58,012 nt of DNA from Acidimicrobiales bacterium (GCA_024638815.1 JAHEJM010000013.1:1-58012), one strand, 5' to 3'; counted from the stretch's first letter, positions 50,179 to 58,012 are shown. The notes: generated from the letters alone by a model not told the origin. A program made the numbers and translations.

Positions 50179-50948
50179 CGCAGGTGACCCAGGGCGGCAA
50201 CGGCCCAACTGCAGCCGATGGCCATGATCACCGGCAGCCACTGCATCAGCGCGGTGCGTCGGTCGGCGGCTCGGAGGGAGTCGGCCGACGCCGTCGGCAG
50301 GGTGCCGTCGAAACCCCGGCTGACCATGGCGCCGTGAACCCGCTCGCCGCGCTCGTAGCTGCGTACGAACAGTGTTCCGGCCGCCGCTGCCACCGGACCG
50401 TACTCCCAGAACCAGCGGGGCTCGACACCACGAGCGGCCATGGACCGTCGGGCCCGGTCGAACTCGGTGTTCACCACATGCACATAGCGCAGCATCATCA
50501 TGGCGATGGTGAGGAGCGCCGGGGGGACACGAAGGCGTCCGGCCGCCCCCGCCAGCTGGGGGACGGTGGTGGTCGAGATCAGAATCGTGGCTGCGGCGAC
50601 GCCCAGTGCAACCCGGCACACAAGGGTCCATGCCGCCTCGATCCCGGAGGACGAGAGCTGGACGCCGGCCACTGAGGGACCGGGACCCTCGGCCACGACC
50701 GGGAGTACGGCGGCCACGAGCACAACCGGCGTCGCCACCGGCAATCGGCGGACCAGTGATCCGACGTCGACGCCGGTGGCCCGGGCGACGATGACGGTGA
50801 TGACGGCGAGGCCGCCGAAGCCGGGCCAGTAGCCGGCCGGCACACCGGCTATGGCCAGGGCGAAGCCGATCAGGGTGATCAGGCGCCCCACCGGCGGAAC
50901 CAACCCGGCCTGCGTGGTCGGTGCCTCGTCGGCTGCTGCCACGATCAC
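50175..50948 (-). CDS. cbiQ: ECF transporter T component (CbiQ/NikQ)
   Basis: LRVP, MLRY, AARG, LFVRSYERGERV..AM.SRGF. Confidence 0.9.
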   Translation of the reverse strand: MIVAAADEAPTTQAGLVPPVGRLITLIGFALAIAGVPAGYWPGFGGLAVITVIVARATGVDVGSLVRRLPVATPVVLVAAVLPVVAEGPGPSVAGVQLSSSGIEAAWTLVCRVALGVAAATILISTTTVPQLAGAAGRLRVPPALLTIAMMMLRYVHVVNTEFDRARRSMAARGVEPRWFWEYGPVAAAAGTLFVRSYERGERVHGAMVSRGFDGTLPTASADSLRAADRRTALMQWLPVIMAIGCSWAVAALGHLR

Positions 50949-50955
50949 GGAGCCT

Positions 50956-51960
50956 TCACCGGGTGCTCACGAGGCGACGGGTGGGGGAGGGGCTCGATTC
51001 GGCCGTTGACCGCAAGGCGGCGGTCAAACCGAGGCCGACGATGACGGTGACGAGGACCCCGGCTCCTCCCGCCACGGCCAGGCTCAGGGTCGGGTTGCCG
51101 ATGCCCGAGACGGCGTAATCGGCCAACGGAAGGTCGTCGTACCACGCCGCACCGGCCTCGATACCGTTGGCGAGGGCGGCTCGTTCCAGCCCGTCGGGAT
51201 CGGTGGCGGCGAACTGGCTGACGACGGCGGCCAGGGCCATGGCCACCACCAACCCGACCGCCACGACCGGGGCGATCGGTTTCGTCGGTCGGCCGCTGTC
51301 GGCACCGGCCGATCCGTCGGCCGCGGCCCGGGGAACAAGATCAGGGCGGGAAGCCAGGATGGAACCGACGACGGCTGCGGTGATGGCTCCTTCGGCCACG
51401 GCGATCGGGATATGGATGCCGACCACAGAGGCGAACACGGTGTCGAACGGGATCGGAGCCGACGCCCCGAAGAGCCACTCCAGGCTGAAGGCCACGGCCG
51501 AGGCCAGGACCGAGACGGTGCCGGCCACTCCGGCGGCGGCGGCGTGACTGGTTCGTGACCTCGGCAGCACGGCCAAGGCCAGCCGGTAGGCGCCGTAGCC
51601 ACCGAGGCTGGTGACAATGGCCATGTTGAGCACGTTGTAGCCGAGCGCGGTGATCCCGCCGTCGGCGAACAGCAGCGCCTGGACCACCACGATGGTGGTC
51701 AGCACCAGGGTGCCGAGGGATGGGCCGAGGAGCACGGCGGCCAGTGCGCCGCCGACGAGATGCCCCGTCGTGCCGGCCGCCACCGGGAAGTTGACCATCT
51801 GAGCGGCGAAGAGGAAGGCGGCGGAGGCGCCGGCCAGTGGGATCTGGCGTTCGCTCAGGTTCTTCTGTCCCGTCCTCAGGACGATCCCAATGGTGGTGGC
51901 GCTGATGGCGCCGGTGGCCACGGCGGTTCCGGCGGTGAGAAATCCATCGGGTGCATGCAT
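50956..51960 (-). CDS. cbiM: Ni/Co ECF transporter S component fused to a PDGLE domain (CbiM/NikMN-type)
   Basis: N-terminal MHAPDG metal ligand, GTTGHL.GG, QALLFADGG, C-terminal PDGLE...DY. Confidence 0.9.
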   Translation of the reverse strand: MHAPDGFLTAGTAVATGAISATTIGIVLRTGQKNLSERQIPLAGASAAFLFAAQMVNFPVAAGTTGHLVGGALAAVLLGPSLGTLVLTTIVVVQALLFADGGITALGYNVLNMAIVTSLGGYGAYRLALAVLPRSRTSHAAAAGVAGTVSVLASAVAFSLEWLFGASAPIPFDTVFASVVGIHIPIAVAEGAITAAVVGSILASRPDLVPRAAADGSAGADSGRPTKPIAPVVAVGLVVAMALAAVVSQFAATDPDGLERAALANGIEAGAAWYDDLPLADYAVSGIGNPTLSLAVAGGAGVLVTVIVGLGLTAALRSTAESSPSPTRRLVSTR

Positions 51961-51990
51961 GGAGCGAACTCTAACCGGGCGACCTGTTTC

Positions 51991-52007
51991 TTGCGAACAG
52001 TTCGCAA
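51991..52007. promoter_or_regulatory. Perfect 8-1-8 palindrome, putative Fur-family operator
   Basis: TTGCGAAC-A-GTTCGCAA 30 nt upstream of the cbiM start, directly after a Fur-family gene. Confidence 0.7.
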
Positions 52008-52047
52008 TAACATGGTAAGAGCCCAGGGAGTCTGGGCGTGTCCGGGG

Positions 52048-52470
52048 TCAGGGCCGGCAGCTCGGACACAACCCCCGGACCACGATCTCGATGTGCTGGG
52101 GCTGGAAGTCGTGGCCCGAGATCAGGTGCTCCTCGATCTGGCTGACCAGCGTGCCGACATGGTGATCGATGGTCCCGCACGACGTGCAGACCAGATGGAA
52201 GTGCTCATCGGGATGGGCCGGCTCCCAGTAGCTGACCTCGGACGGTCCCAAACGGGACTCCCGCACCAGCCCGAGATCCCGGAACAGGGCCAGTGATCGA
52301 TAGATCGAGGCCAGATTGACGCTCGGATCGGACTCGGCCACTCGTTCGGCCAGCTGCTCAACGGTCACGTGATCGTCGAGGTCGACCAGGGCCTGCCACA
52401 CGAGACGGCGCGGTCCGGTGGCCCGATGGCCGTGGTCGTGGAGACGTTCGTCGATGGAGCGGTTGGTCAT
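52048..52470 (-). CDS. Fur-family metalloregulator
   Basis: G.R.T..R, H.T.EQ, ASIYRSL, HFHLVCTSCG, GLCPSC. Confidence 0.92.
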   Translation of the reverse strand: MTNRSIDERLHDHGHRATGPRRLVWQALVDLDDHVTVEQLAERVAESDPSVNLASIYRSLALFRDLGLVRESRLGPSEVSYWEPAHPDEHFHLVCTSCGTIDHHVGTLVSQIEEHLISGHDFQPQHIEIVVRGLCPSCRP

Positions 52471-52494
52471 GGCAGATTAGGGCACAATGGAACC

Positions 52495-52746
52495 ATGTCA
52501 GATCTTGAGACGCTACCGGTTACCGAGGAAATCGTCGATCCCCGACTTGACGACCCCCTGCTCGAGGATGGGGACCATGAGCGGTTTGCCCACTATGTGA
52601 AGAAGGACAAGATCTTGTCCAGCGCGGTGGAGGGAACGACGGTCCGGGCGCTGTGCGGCAAGAAATGGGTGCCGAACCGTGATCCCAAGAAGTTCCCGGT
52701 CTGTCCCGAGTGCAAGGAGATCTACGAGATGCTCCGAGGGGAGTGA
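52495..52746 (+). CDS. DUF3039 Zn-finger-like small protein
   Basis: GDHERFAHYV.K.KI..SA..G..V.ALCGK.WVP.RDP..FPVCPECKEIY. Confidence 0.92.
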   Translation: MSDLETLPVTEEIVDPRLDDPLLEDGDHERFAHYVKKDKILSSAVEGTTVRALCGKKWVPNRDPKKFPVCPECKEIYEMLRGE

Positions 52747-52747
52747 C

Positions 52748-53911
52748 TTGGCCGACCGGCCCCGGATGATCGTCGACTGCGACCCCGGGCATGACGACGC
52801 TGTGGCCCTGGTGGTTGCCGCCCACTTCGGCGACCTGGTTGCCATCACCACGGTGGGCGGCAACGCCCCACTCATCGACGTCACCAACAACGCACTGCTC
52901 ACCTGCCAGCTCTTCGGTATCGACGCCCCGGTTCACGCCGGATCGACTCGACCCCTGGTGGCCGAACCCCGGCATGCTCCCGAGGTCCATGGTGTCGGTG
53001 GCTTCGACGGGCCGACCCTGCCGCCACTGAATCGCTCGGTGGCATCTCATGACGCCGTCGAGTTCTTGATCGAGACCATCAGGGCGGAGGAGGGTCTGTG
53101 GCTGATTCCGACCGGTCCACTCACCAATGTGGCCCTCGTGTTCCGCACGGCTCCCGATGTGGCCGGGCGGCTGGCCGGAGTCAGCTTCATGGGTGGCTCG
53201 GCCACCGTGGGCAATCACACACCGGTGGCCGAGTTCAACGCCCTGGTCGATCCCGAGGCCATGTCGGTCGTCCTGGACTCGGGGGCCAGGATCATCATGT
53301 CCGGACTCGATCTCACCTACCAGTTCCCGGTCGACGACACCCTGGCCATGCACCTTGGGGCGGTGGCCCGGCCTCGACGGGATGGTCCGGTGGTGAATCC
53401 AGGGGCCCTGCTACTGGCCGATCTGGTGGCCAACTACCTTGATCAGCTCGAACGGTTGACCGGCCTGCGCCTGGGGGGACTGCACGATCCGTGCGCGGTG
53501 CTGGCCGTCACCCATCCCAGTGTGGTGTCGACCTCCATGCGCCATGTCCAGGTCGAGCTGGCCGGCACATTGACCAGGGGGATGACCGTGGTCGACCAGC
53601 GCAGGGGGGAGCCGACGGCCAACCGTGGCCGACCCAATGTCGCCCATGGCCACACCCTCGATCACCGGCGGGCCCTGTCGCTGGTCATGGATGCCATCAA
53701 GGCCAAAGGGGCCGTCTCCGGCGACCCGGCTTCCGCAACGTCGCACTCGAGCAACTCCACACCGCTTGGCCCATGGAGTCCATCGACACGCTCATCCACG
53801 CCTTCGGAGCCTGGGCCCAACTCGATGCCATCCCAACCGGCACCCGGCACGCCATCGAGACCACCATCCGGAAACAGGCAACCGCCCACCAATCCGACGA
53901 CGGTCTCCTAA
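52748..53911 (+). CDS. Inosine/uridine-preferring nucleoside hydrolase with an aberrant C-terminal extension
   Basis: DCDPGHDD, GGN, TGPLTNVA, MGG, AEFN..VDPEA, LHDP; last ~65 aa are Ser/Pro-rich off-frame-like sequence. Confidence 0.88.
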   Translation: MADRPRMIVDCDPGHDDAVALVVAAHFGDLVAITTVGGNAPLIDVTNNALLTCQLFGIDAPVHAGSTRPLVAEPRHAPEVHGVGGFDGPTLPPLNRSVASHDAVEFLIETIRAEEGLWLIPTGPLTNVALVFRTAPDVAGRLAGVSFMGGSATVGNHTPVAEFNALVDPEAMSVVLDSGARIIMSGLDLTYQFPVDDTLAMHLGAVARPRRDGPVVNPGALLLADLVANYLDQLERLTGLRLGGLHDPCAVLAVTHPSVVSTSMRHVQVELAGTLTRGMTVVDQRRGEPTANRGRPNVAHGHTLDHRRALSLVMDAIKAKGAVSGDPASATSHSSNSTPLGPWSPSTRSSTPSEPGPNSMPSQPAPGTPSRPPSGNRQPPTNPTTVS

Positions 53912-53949
53912 TCCCCAACCCCATGCTCATGATCACCGCCACCACCTGA
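53712..53949 (+). pseudogene. Orphan C-terminal gene fragment, methyltransferase-tail-like
   Basis: Alternative frame LRRPGFRNVALEQLHTAW...IPNPMLMITATT* is protein-like but has no N-terminus. Confidence 0.45.
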
Positions 53950-54076
53950 CCTGCCACTTGGTCGGACCGGGTCATCCCGCGCTGCCCCGAGCGTAGCGAC
54001 TGGTGGCTGATCGACGACCGCCAGGTTCTCCCCCGCGGTGCGCCGACATCTGAGTGCTGGATCGACACTGCAGCGG

Positions 54077-54104
54077 GGACCCGATAATGCTCACTATCGT
54101 CGGG
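54077..54104 (+). repeat. dif/XerC-arm-like site 1
   Basis: GGACCCGATAA-TGCTCA-CTATCGTCGGG (11-6-11 layout); CCCGATAATGCTCAC recurs at 56901. Confidence 0.5.
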
Positions 54105-54209
54105 CGGCCGGCACAACGCTGCGAAGCTACGGCCGACAGCTCCAATGCCGTACCAACATCCAATCCGGCACCTATCGCGCACGTCGGAATGCTCAGGATT
54201 ATGGACGCC

Positions 54210-54289
54210 GACCGGGCAGTCGTCGAGCTGGGAAACGCTCGTCGCACCCTGCGCGGTCGCGTTCTCGCGTGCCCCGGGCGTCCCGTATC
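54210..54289. repeat. ~80-bp hairpin repeat A, copy 1
   Basis: GTCGTCGAGCTGGGAAACGCTCGTCGCACCCTGCGCGGTCGCGTTCTCG. Confidence 0.85.
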
Positions 54290-54670
54290 TCAGTCGTACG
54301 GCAGCTCCTCCGGCTGACAGCTGACGTAGTCCGGGCTCGGTAAGCTCGTGAAGCGAACGGCCTGGATCGTGGTTCGGCCGTCGAGCAGGGCCCTGGCTAC
54401 TCGATGCATCCCATCCATGACCCGGCCGTCGGGGCCGAGGATGATTGGGTACTGCGTATCGACATCTTGAATGAGGTGGACGTGATCGACGACCGCTCGA
54501 ACGGTCGGACGACGGAGTCCGTCGTCGAACCAGTAGACGGAGTCGACCTCCTCGATCGAGTCGAGACTGACATCCACGATCGGCAGCTCGGCCGTCAGCT
54601 CGATAAGCCGGTCAACGTCCCAAGCATCAAGCCCATCTCGACCCGGCCAGAAGTGGTACTGCTTCCGCAT
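54290..54670 (-). CDS. Small ParB/sulfiredoxin-like domain protein
   Basis: YPIILGPDGRVMDGMHRVARA motif. Confidence 0.75.
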   Translation of the reverse strand: MRKQYHFWPGRDGLDAWDVDRLIELTAELPIVDVSLDSIEEVDSVYWFDDGLRRPTVRAVVDHVHLIQDVDTQYPIILGPDGRVMDGMHRVARALLDGRTTIQAVRFTSLPSPDYVSCQPEELPYD

Positions 54671-54700
54671 GGGATCAGTCTGTCGGTCAACGAGTCGTAA

Positions 54701-54734
54701 CGGCACTCCTGGCTCGCCCGAGAACACCCGGGGC
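54701..54734. repeat. Repeat B, copy 1
   Basis: CGGCACTCCTGGCTCGCCCGAGAAC; matches 55442. Confidence 0.65.
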
Positions 54735-55003
54735 CACATGGTGGCGACGGACTTCCGATGGGTTACGGCCTCAAATGGGACTGCCATACCAATCTGAGCG
54801 CCCACACAGGCGAGAACGGCATACCACGACTGCCGTGCTGAGAAGTGTTCATCCTGCGGTCCAAGGCCATGCCTGAAGTCGGCTCCGCTGTGGTCCAGAG
54901 CTGCTGATCAGGACCCGTCGAGGTCTCCTCGCCGCCGTCCGAGCCAAGCCGGACAACAGCACCCGACGAAGTCCCGGTATCGCTCGACTGGCACGATATT
55001 GCC

Positions 55004-55486
55004 ATGGCGTCGGAGATGCAGAGAACAATCACGGTTTGAGACATCGGAATCCTGCTAGTGGTGACCGCACCGTTTACCGCACTCTTGAGCTTTGCGGCCC
55101 TTCGCGTGCTCGTGGACGAAGATCGCCTGGAGGGCGCCGGCGGACCCACGATCTGGGGATGGGCGACCATGGCACTGCCAGCAACGGCCGGAGTTGCTCT
55201 CTTCGTTGCCGGGACTCTGCGGCCGTCTTCCGTGAGTGATCACCACCTCACGGTCATCACAGGTGCCGCCGCCGTCGTTTCTCTGACACTCGGTCTCGCC
55301 GCAATTCTGGTCGCCGGTCCGGGCGACGCTTCGATCGGTGGTGGTTTACTTGTCCTGGTCGCACTCGCTGGCATCGTGGTCCATCGCAATCGAACGGCGT
55401 GGTTCTGGCCCTCGCAACTGTGTCGGGTCGGAGCACGCACACAGCACCCCTGGCCCGCCCGAGAACGACGGGTGCAGGTCCGCTGA
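55004..55486 (+). pseudogene. Small membrane protein with an in-frame TGA at 55037 and a 3' end running into repeat B
   Basis: MASEMQRTITV*DIGILLVVTAPF..., four TMs, DASIGGG motif. Confidence 0.5.
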
Positions 55487-55583
55487 TGCCGCTGACGGTG
55501 ACGAGCAGGCGGTCGTCGAGCGGGGGAACGCTCATCGCACTCTGCGTGGTCTCGTTCCCGTGCGCTCGAACCACTCCGGATCG
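55442..55583. repeat. Repeat B copy 2 (55442-55475) joined to repeat A copy 2 (55503-55583)
   Basis: CAGCACCCCTGGCCCGCCCGAGAAC ... GTCGTCGAGCGGGGGAACGCTCATCGCACTCTGCGTGGTCTCGTTCCCG. Confidence 0.85.
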
Positions 55584-55603
55584 CCGGTTCATCAGCGCGG
55601 TGC

Positions 55604-56227
55604 TCATGGCCCAAGGGTCGTCGTTGGGACCGATGGTGGGACAGTCGTCGGGCCGGGGCGAGCTACAACGGTCGTCGTCGGGGCGGGCGGAGATCTCGGC
55701 GTCGGGGCTTGATACCAGGGGCAGCCAACTGCTGCCGTATTGCCGACCAGCCACCAGAAGCCGACGACAGCAATGGCACCTGCTCCGACCGCGATGCCGG
55801 GTAGAAGCTCGCCAGGCCTTGAGATGGCGATAGCGACAGCAGCCACCGCCACCAATGCGACAGCTGGAGCCGCTCGCATCGCGTCCAATCCAACGTTGTG
55901 CTCGTAGCAAGCGGACCAGGAGGCGATGGCGAGTGCCGATCCGCTTGCGTAGGAGGCGACGAGACCCGCTCCAGCCTTGACCGGCGAGACAGAGAGTCGC
56001 CGCCAGATGAACGTGGCACCGAGCCAGGCGATCAGGACCATGCTCGCAGCAACCACAAGAAAGATGACCCCAATCGGCGTGGTCCAAGCATCGGTGCCGC
56101 CAGAGACCACGCCAATGCCTATGAGAACAAGCCATGCGCCACCGCCGGCAATAGGGACCGCAGCCAGGGCAGCGGCGGTCGTCGACAGCAGCCCGAGGTA
56201 CTGGAGCTGCCTTACGAGGACGCTCAT
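55604..56227 (-). CDS. Hypothetical membrane protein with Pro/Thr-rich tail
   Basis: Five hydrophobic segments; ATG 56227 preceded by AAGGTGG. Confidence 0.6.
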   Translation of the reverse strand: MSVLVRQLQYLGLLSTTAAALAAVPIAGGGAWLVLIGIGVVSGGTDAWTTPIGVIFLVVAASMVLIAWLGATFIWRRLSVSPVKAGAGLVASYASGSALAIASWSACYEHNVGLDAMRAAPAVALVAVAAVAIAISRPGELLPGIAVGAGAIAVVGFWWLVGNTAAVGCPWYQAPTPRSPPAPTTTVVARPGPTTVPPSVPTTTLGP

Positions 56228-56393
56228 CAACCGCCACCTTGCAGGACCACATCGTTCCAAGAACCTGGGGTCGCCGATCGTCCACTGACGGGAATGAGCT
56301 ACGCCTAGGACGCAAAGATACGGCGAGGATGAACGGCACCAGTGCCGTGCGCGGTATCACCGGCGGTTAAGCTGCCCTGCCACCGACCGTGGC

Positions 56394-56473
56394 GACCAGG
56401 CGTGCGTCGAGCCGGTAACGCTCATCGCACCCTGCGTGGTCTCGTTTCCGACTGTCTGAGGCGTCCGGGATCG
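56394..56473. repeat. ~80-bp hairpin repeat A, copy 3
   Basis: CGTCGAGCCGGTAACGCTCATCGCACCCTGCGTGGTCTCGTTTCCG. Confidence 0.85.
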
Positions 56474-56521
56474 ATGCTGCCGGTTACTAGCCGACCGAGA
56501 TCGCGGCCCCTTGCTGGGCAA

Positions 56522-56776
56522 TCAGCGGAGCCAGTTGATGGCCACGACCGCCACCGCTCCTGTCACCGTGCCCCACGTGACCCACAGGGCGTAGCGCCGC
56601 TCGGCCTCTTCAGAGTTGTGCAGCACCGTCCACAACAGAGCCAACGACGGAGCAATGAGGAAGGCGAGCGTGAACTCGAGGCTGTCCGGACGAATCAGCC
56701 CGTAGACCAGCAAGATCGCATTGGCGAGTGCCACCCCCAGTGCGATGCGGACCCCTTCAGATCGCTGCTTCATCAT
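56522..56776 (-). CDS. Small hypothetical 3-TM protein
   Basis: MMKQRSEGVRIALGVALANAILL..., three hydrophobic segments. Confidence 0.55.
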   Translation of the reverse strand: MMKQRSEGVRIALGVALANAILLVYGLIRPDSLEFTLAFLIAPSLALLWTVLHNSEEAERRYALWVTWGTVTGAVAVVAINWLR

Positions 56777-56886
56777 GGGCTGAAGGTAGCATCTGGCCAG
56801 CGAACGATCCGGCCAGAACGCTCTGCCCGACTGCCCATAACCGACAACCTGATCAGCAACTTGGTGATCGATGATCACTTTGACCC

Positions 56887-56915
56887 TGGGATCCGTGCCG
56901 CCCGATAATGCTCAC
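56887..56915 (+). repeat. Repeat D joined to dif/XerC-arm-like site 2
   Basis: TGGGATCCGTGCCG (recurs at 57993) followed by CCCGATAATGCTCAC (recurs at 54080). Confidence 0.55.
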
Positions 56916-57059
56916 AGCCCACGCCGTGATCAACAGACCCCGCTCAGATCCGAAGCGCCAGAGAACGACTCCAACAGGCGTCTTGGCGGCCCGACTACGA
57001 GGCCATTCTCGAGATCACGATCGCGCCGCTCCCAAGGCGGCGGGCGCAGCGGATTCTGC

Positions 57060-57896
57060 TCAGCTCGACGGGTTGCTGAGGTGACGCGCCTCCGATGTTG
57101 AGAACCCGAGGCGACCCTTGGTCCACAGCAAGAGACCAAGAGCCATGGTCCAGTACACAATCCCGCGAATGATCTGCCAGTCTTCGCCGCCTGGTAGAAC
57201 GTCGGTGGGACGCTCGAAGAGGTTTTCGATGAGGTTCGTACCTTGATGGAAGAGCATTACCGGGATGACGCTCATCTTCGACTTTGAGTACAGCCACGTC
57301 ATGATGATGGACAGGCCGACGACGCTGACAGAGAACGACACGATGTGTGGTGCGGTACTCGAGTCTGAAGGCAAAGCGAGCAGTGGCAGATGCCAGGCGC
57401 TCCAGATCATCCCGAGCAGGACGCTTGCTACGGCGGGGTGTTGCCTCTCGAGCATCGCCGGCAGTGCAAAGCCACGCCAGCCAGGCTCTTCATTGCCTCC
57501 GAGGAAGAGCGCGGCGATTGGAACGACGATGATGTAGCCGAGCAACGTCGTCTCCCCGCTCACGGCTTCCCCGCCCAGCGAGAGATACAGGCCCTGATCC
57601 AGCAGTCCAACGCCCACAGGCATCAAGACCCAACCAGCGACCAACCAGATGAGACCGATTCGCCACGCGAAGATTCGTCGAAGCCAACGGAGGAGGGATC
57701 CCTTTCCCGCCGCGGAAGTAACAATGATGGCGGAAACGAACGGCCCAAAGCCGCCTACGAGGCTCAGCGCATGAACCTCCCCCGGCTCGCCCCACAGCAG
57801 CTGTGCCGGGATGAACACCGCCCAGCTGATCAGAAAAGTGAGTACGAAGAACGCGGCGAGCTGATGGCTCGACAGCCAATGCGATAGCGACCTCAT
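57060..57896 (-). CDS. CPBP (CAAX/Abi) family intramembrane glutamic endopeptidase
   Basis: EEPGWRG, WSAWHLP, FHQGTN motifs; multiple TMs; SD GAGGA. Confidence 0.92.
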   Translation of the reverse strand: MRSLSHWLSSHQLAAFFVLTFLISWAVFIPAQLLWGEPGEVHALSLVGGFGPFVSAIIVTSAAGKGSLLRWLRRIFAWRIGLIWLVAGWVLMPVGVGLLDQGLYLSLGGEAVSGETTLLGYIIVVPIAALFLGGNEEPGWRGFALPAMLERQHPAVASVLLGMIWSAWHLPLLALPSDSSTAPHIVSFSVSVVGLSIIMTWLYSKSKMSVIPVMLFHQGTNLIENLFERPTDVLPGGEDWQIIRGIVYWTMALGLLLWTKGRLGFSTSEARHLSNPSS

Positions 57897-58012
57897 CGGG
57901 ATCCTCGGATCATGCGCATCTACGTTGCACCCGTTGAACCTCGCTTCGTGAGCCCCTGCTGGGGGGGGTCACCGTGATCGGCTCATCCGATGTGGGACCC
58001 GTGCCGTCCCCG

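Noticed and set aside
55037-55039. In-frame TGA in the small membrane gene as selenocysteine
   Set aside because: No redox motif or Cys-homologous context; decayed accessory region; nonsense mutation is more likely.
54210-56473. Repeat A as CRISPR repeats or canonical integron attC sites
   Set aside because: Copies are diverged and separated by whole genes rather than 30-40-nt spacers; no cas genes; attC consensus boxes and minimal length are not met and no intI is visible.

Overview
High-GC actinobacterial chromosome segment; gene content and style suggest Acidimicrobiia-like, which is inference only. Bases 1-53,700 are mostly housekeeping and transport genes: an ECF sigma factor, modAB, a LytS/LytTR two-component system with two sodium:solute symporters, a BMP-type nucleoside ABC transporter with purine/methylthio-nucleoside salvage genes, Trk, ung, tdk, NagZ, and a Ni/Co ECF transporter with a Fur-family regulator. 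Two genes split or truncated by the ORF track are probable selenoproteins, each with an in-frame UGA at the catalytic position and a downstream hairpin: selD (GAG-U-ACK) and a BCP/PrxQ peroxiredoxin (PKAGTPG-U). The most unusual part is ~53,700-58,012. There, short unrelated genes, mostly on the minus strand, are separated by several families of degenerate repeats: a conserved ~80-bp hairpin repeat downstream of three genes, and dif/XerC-arm-like motifs including a 15-bp direct repeat bracketing 2.8 kb. This resembles a non-canonical gene-cassette array, but no recombinase gene is in view. No rRNA, tRNA or CRISPR array was recognised. All calls come from reading motifs by eye; no database search was run.
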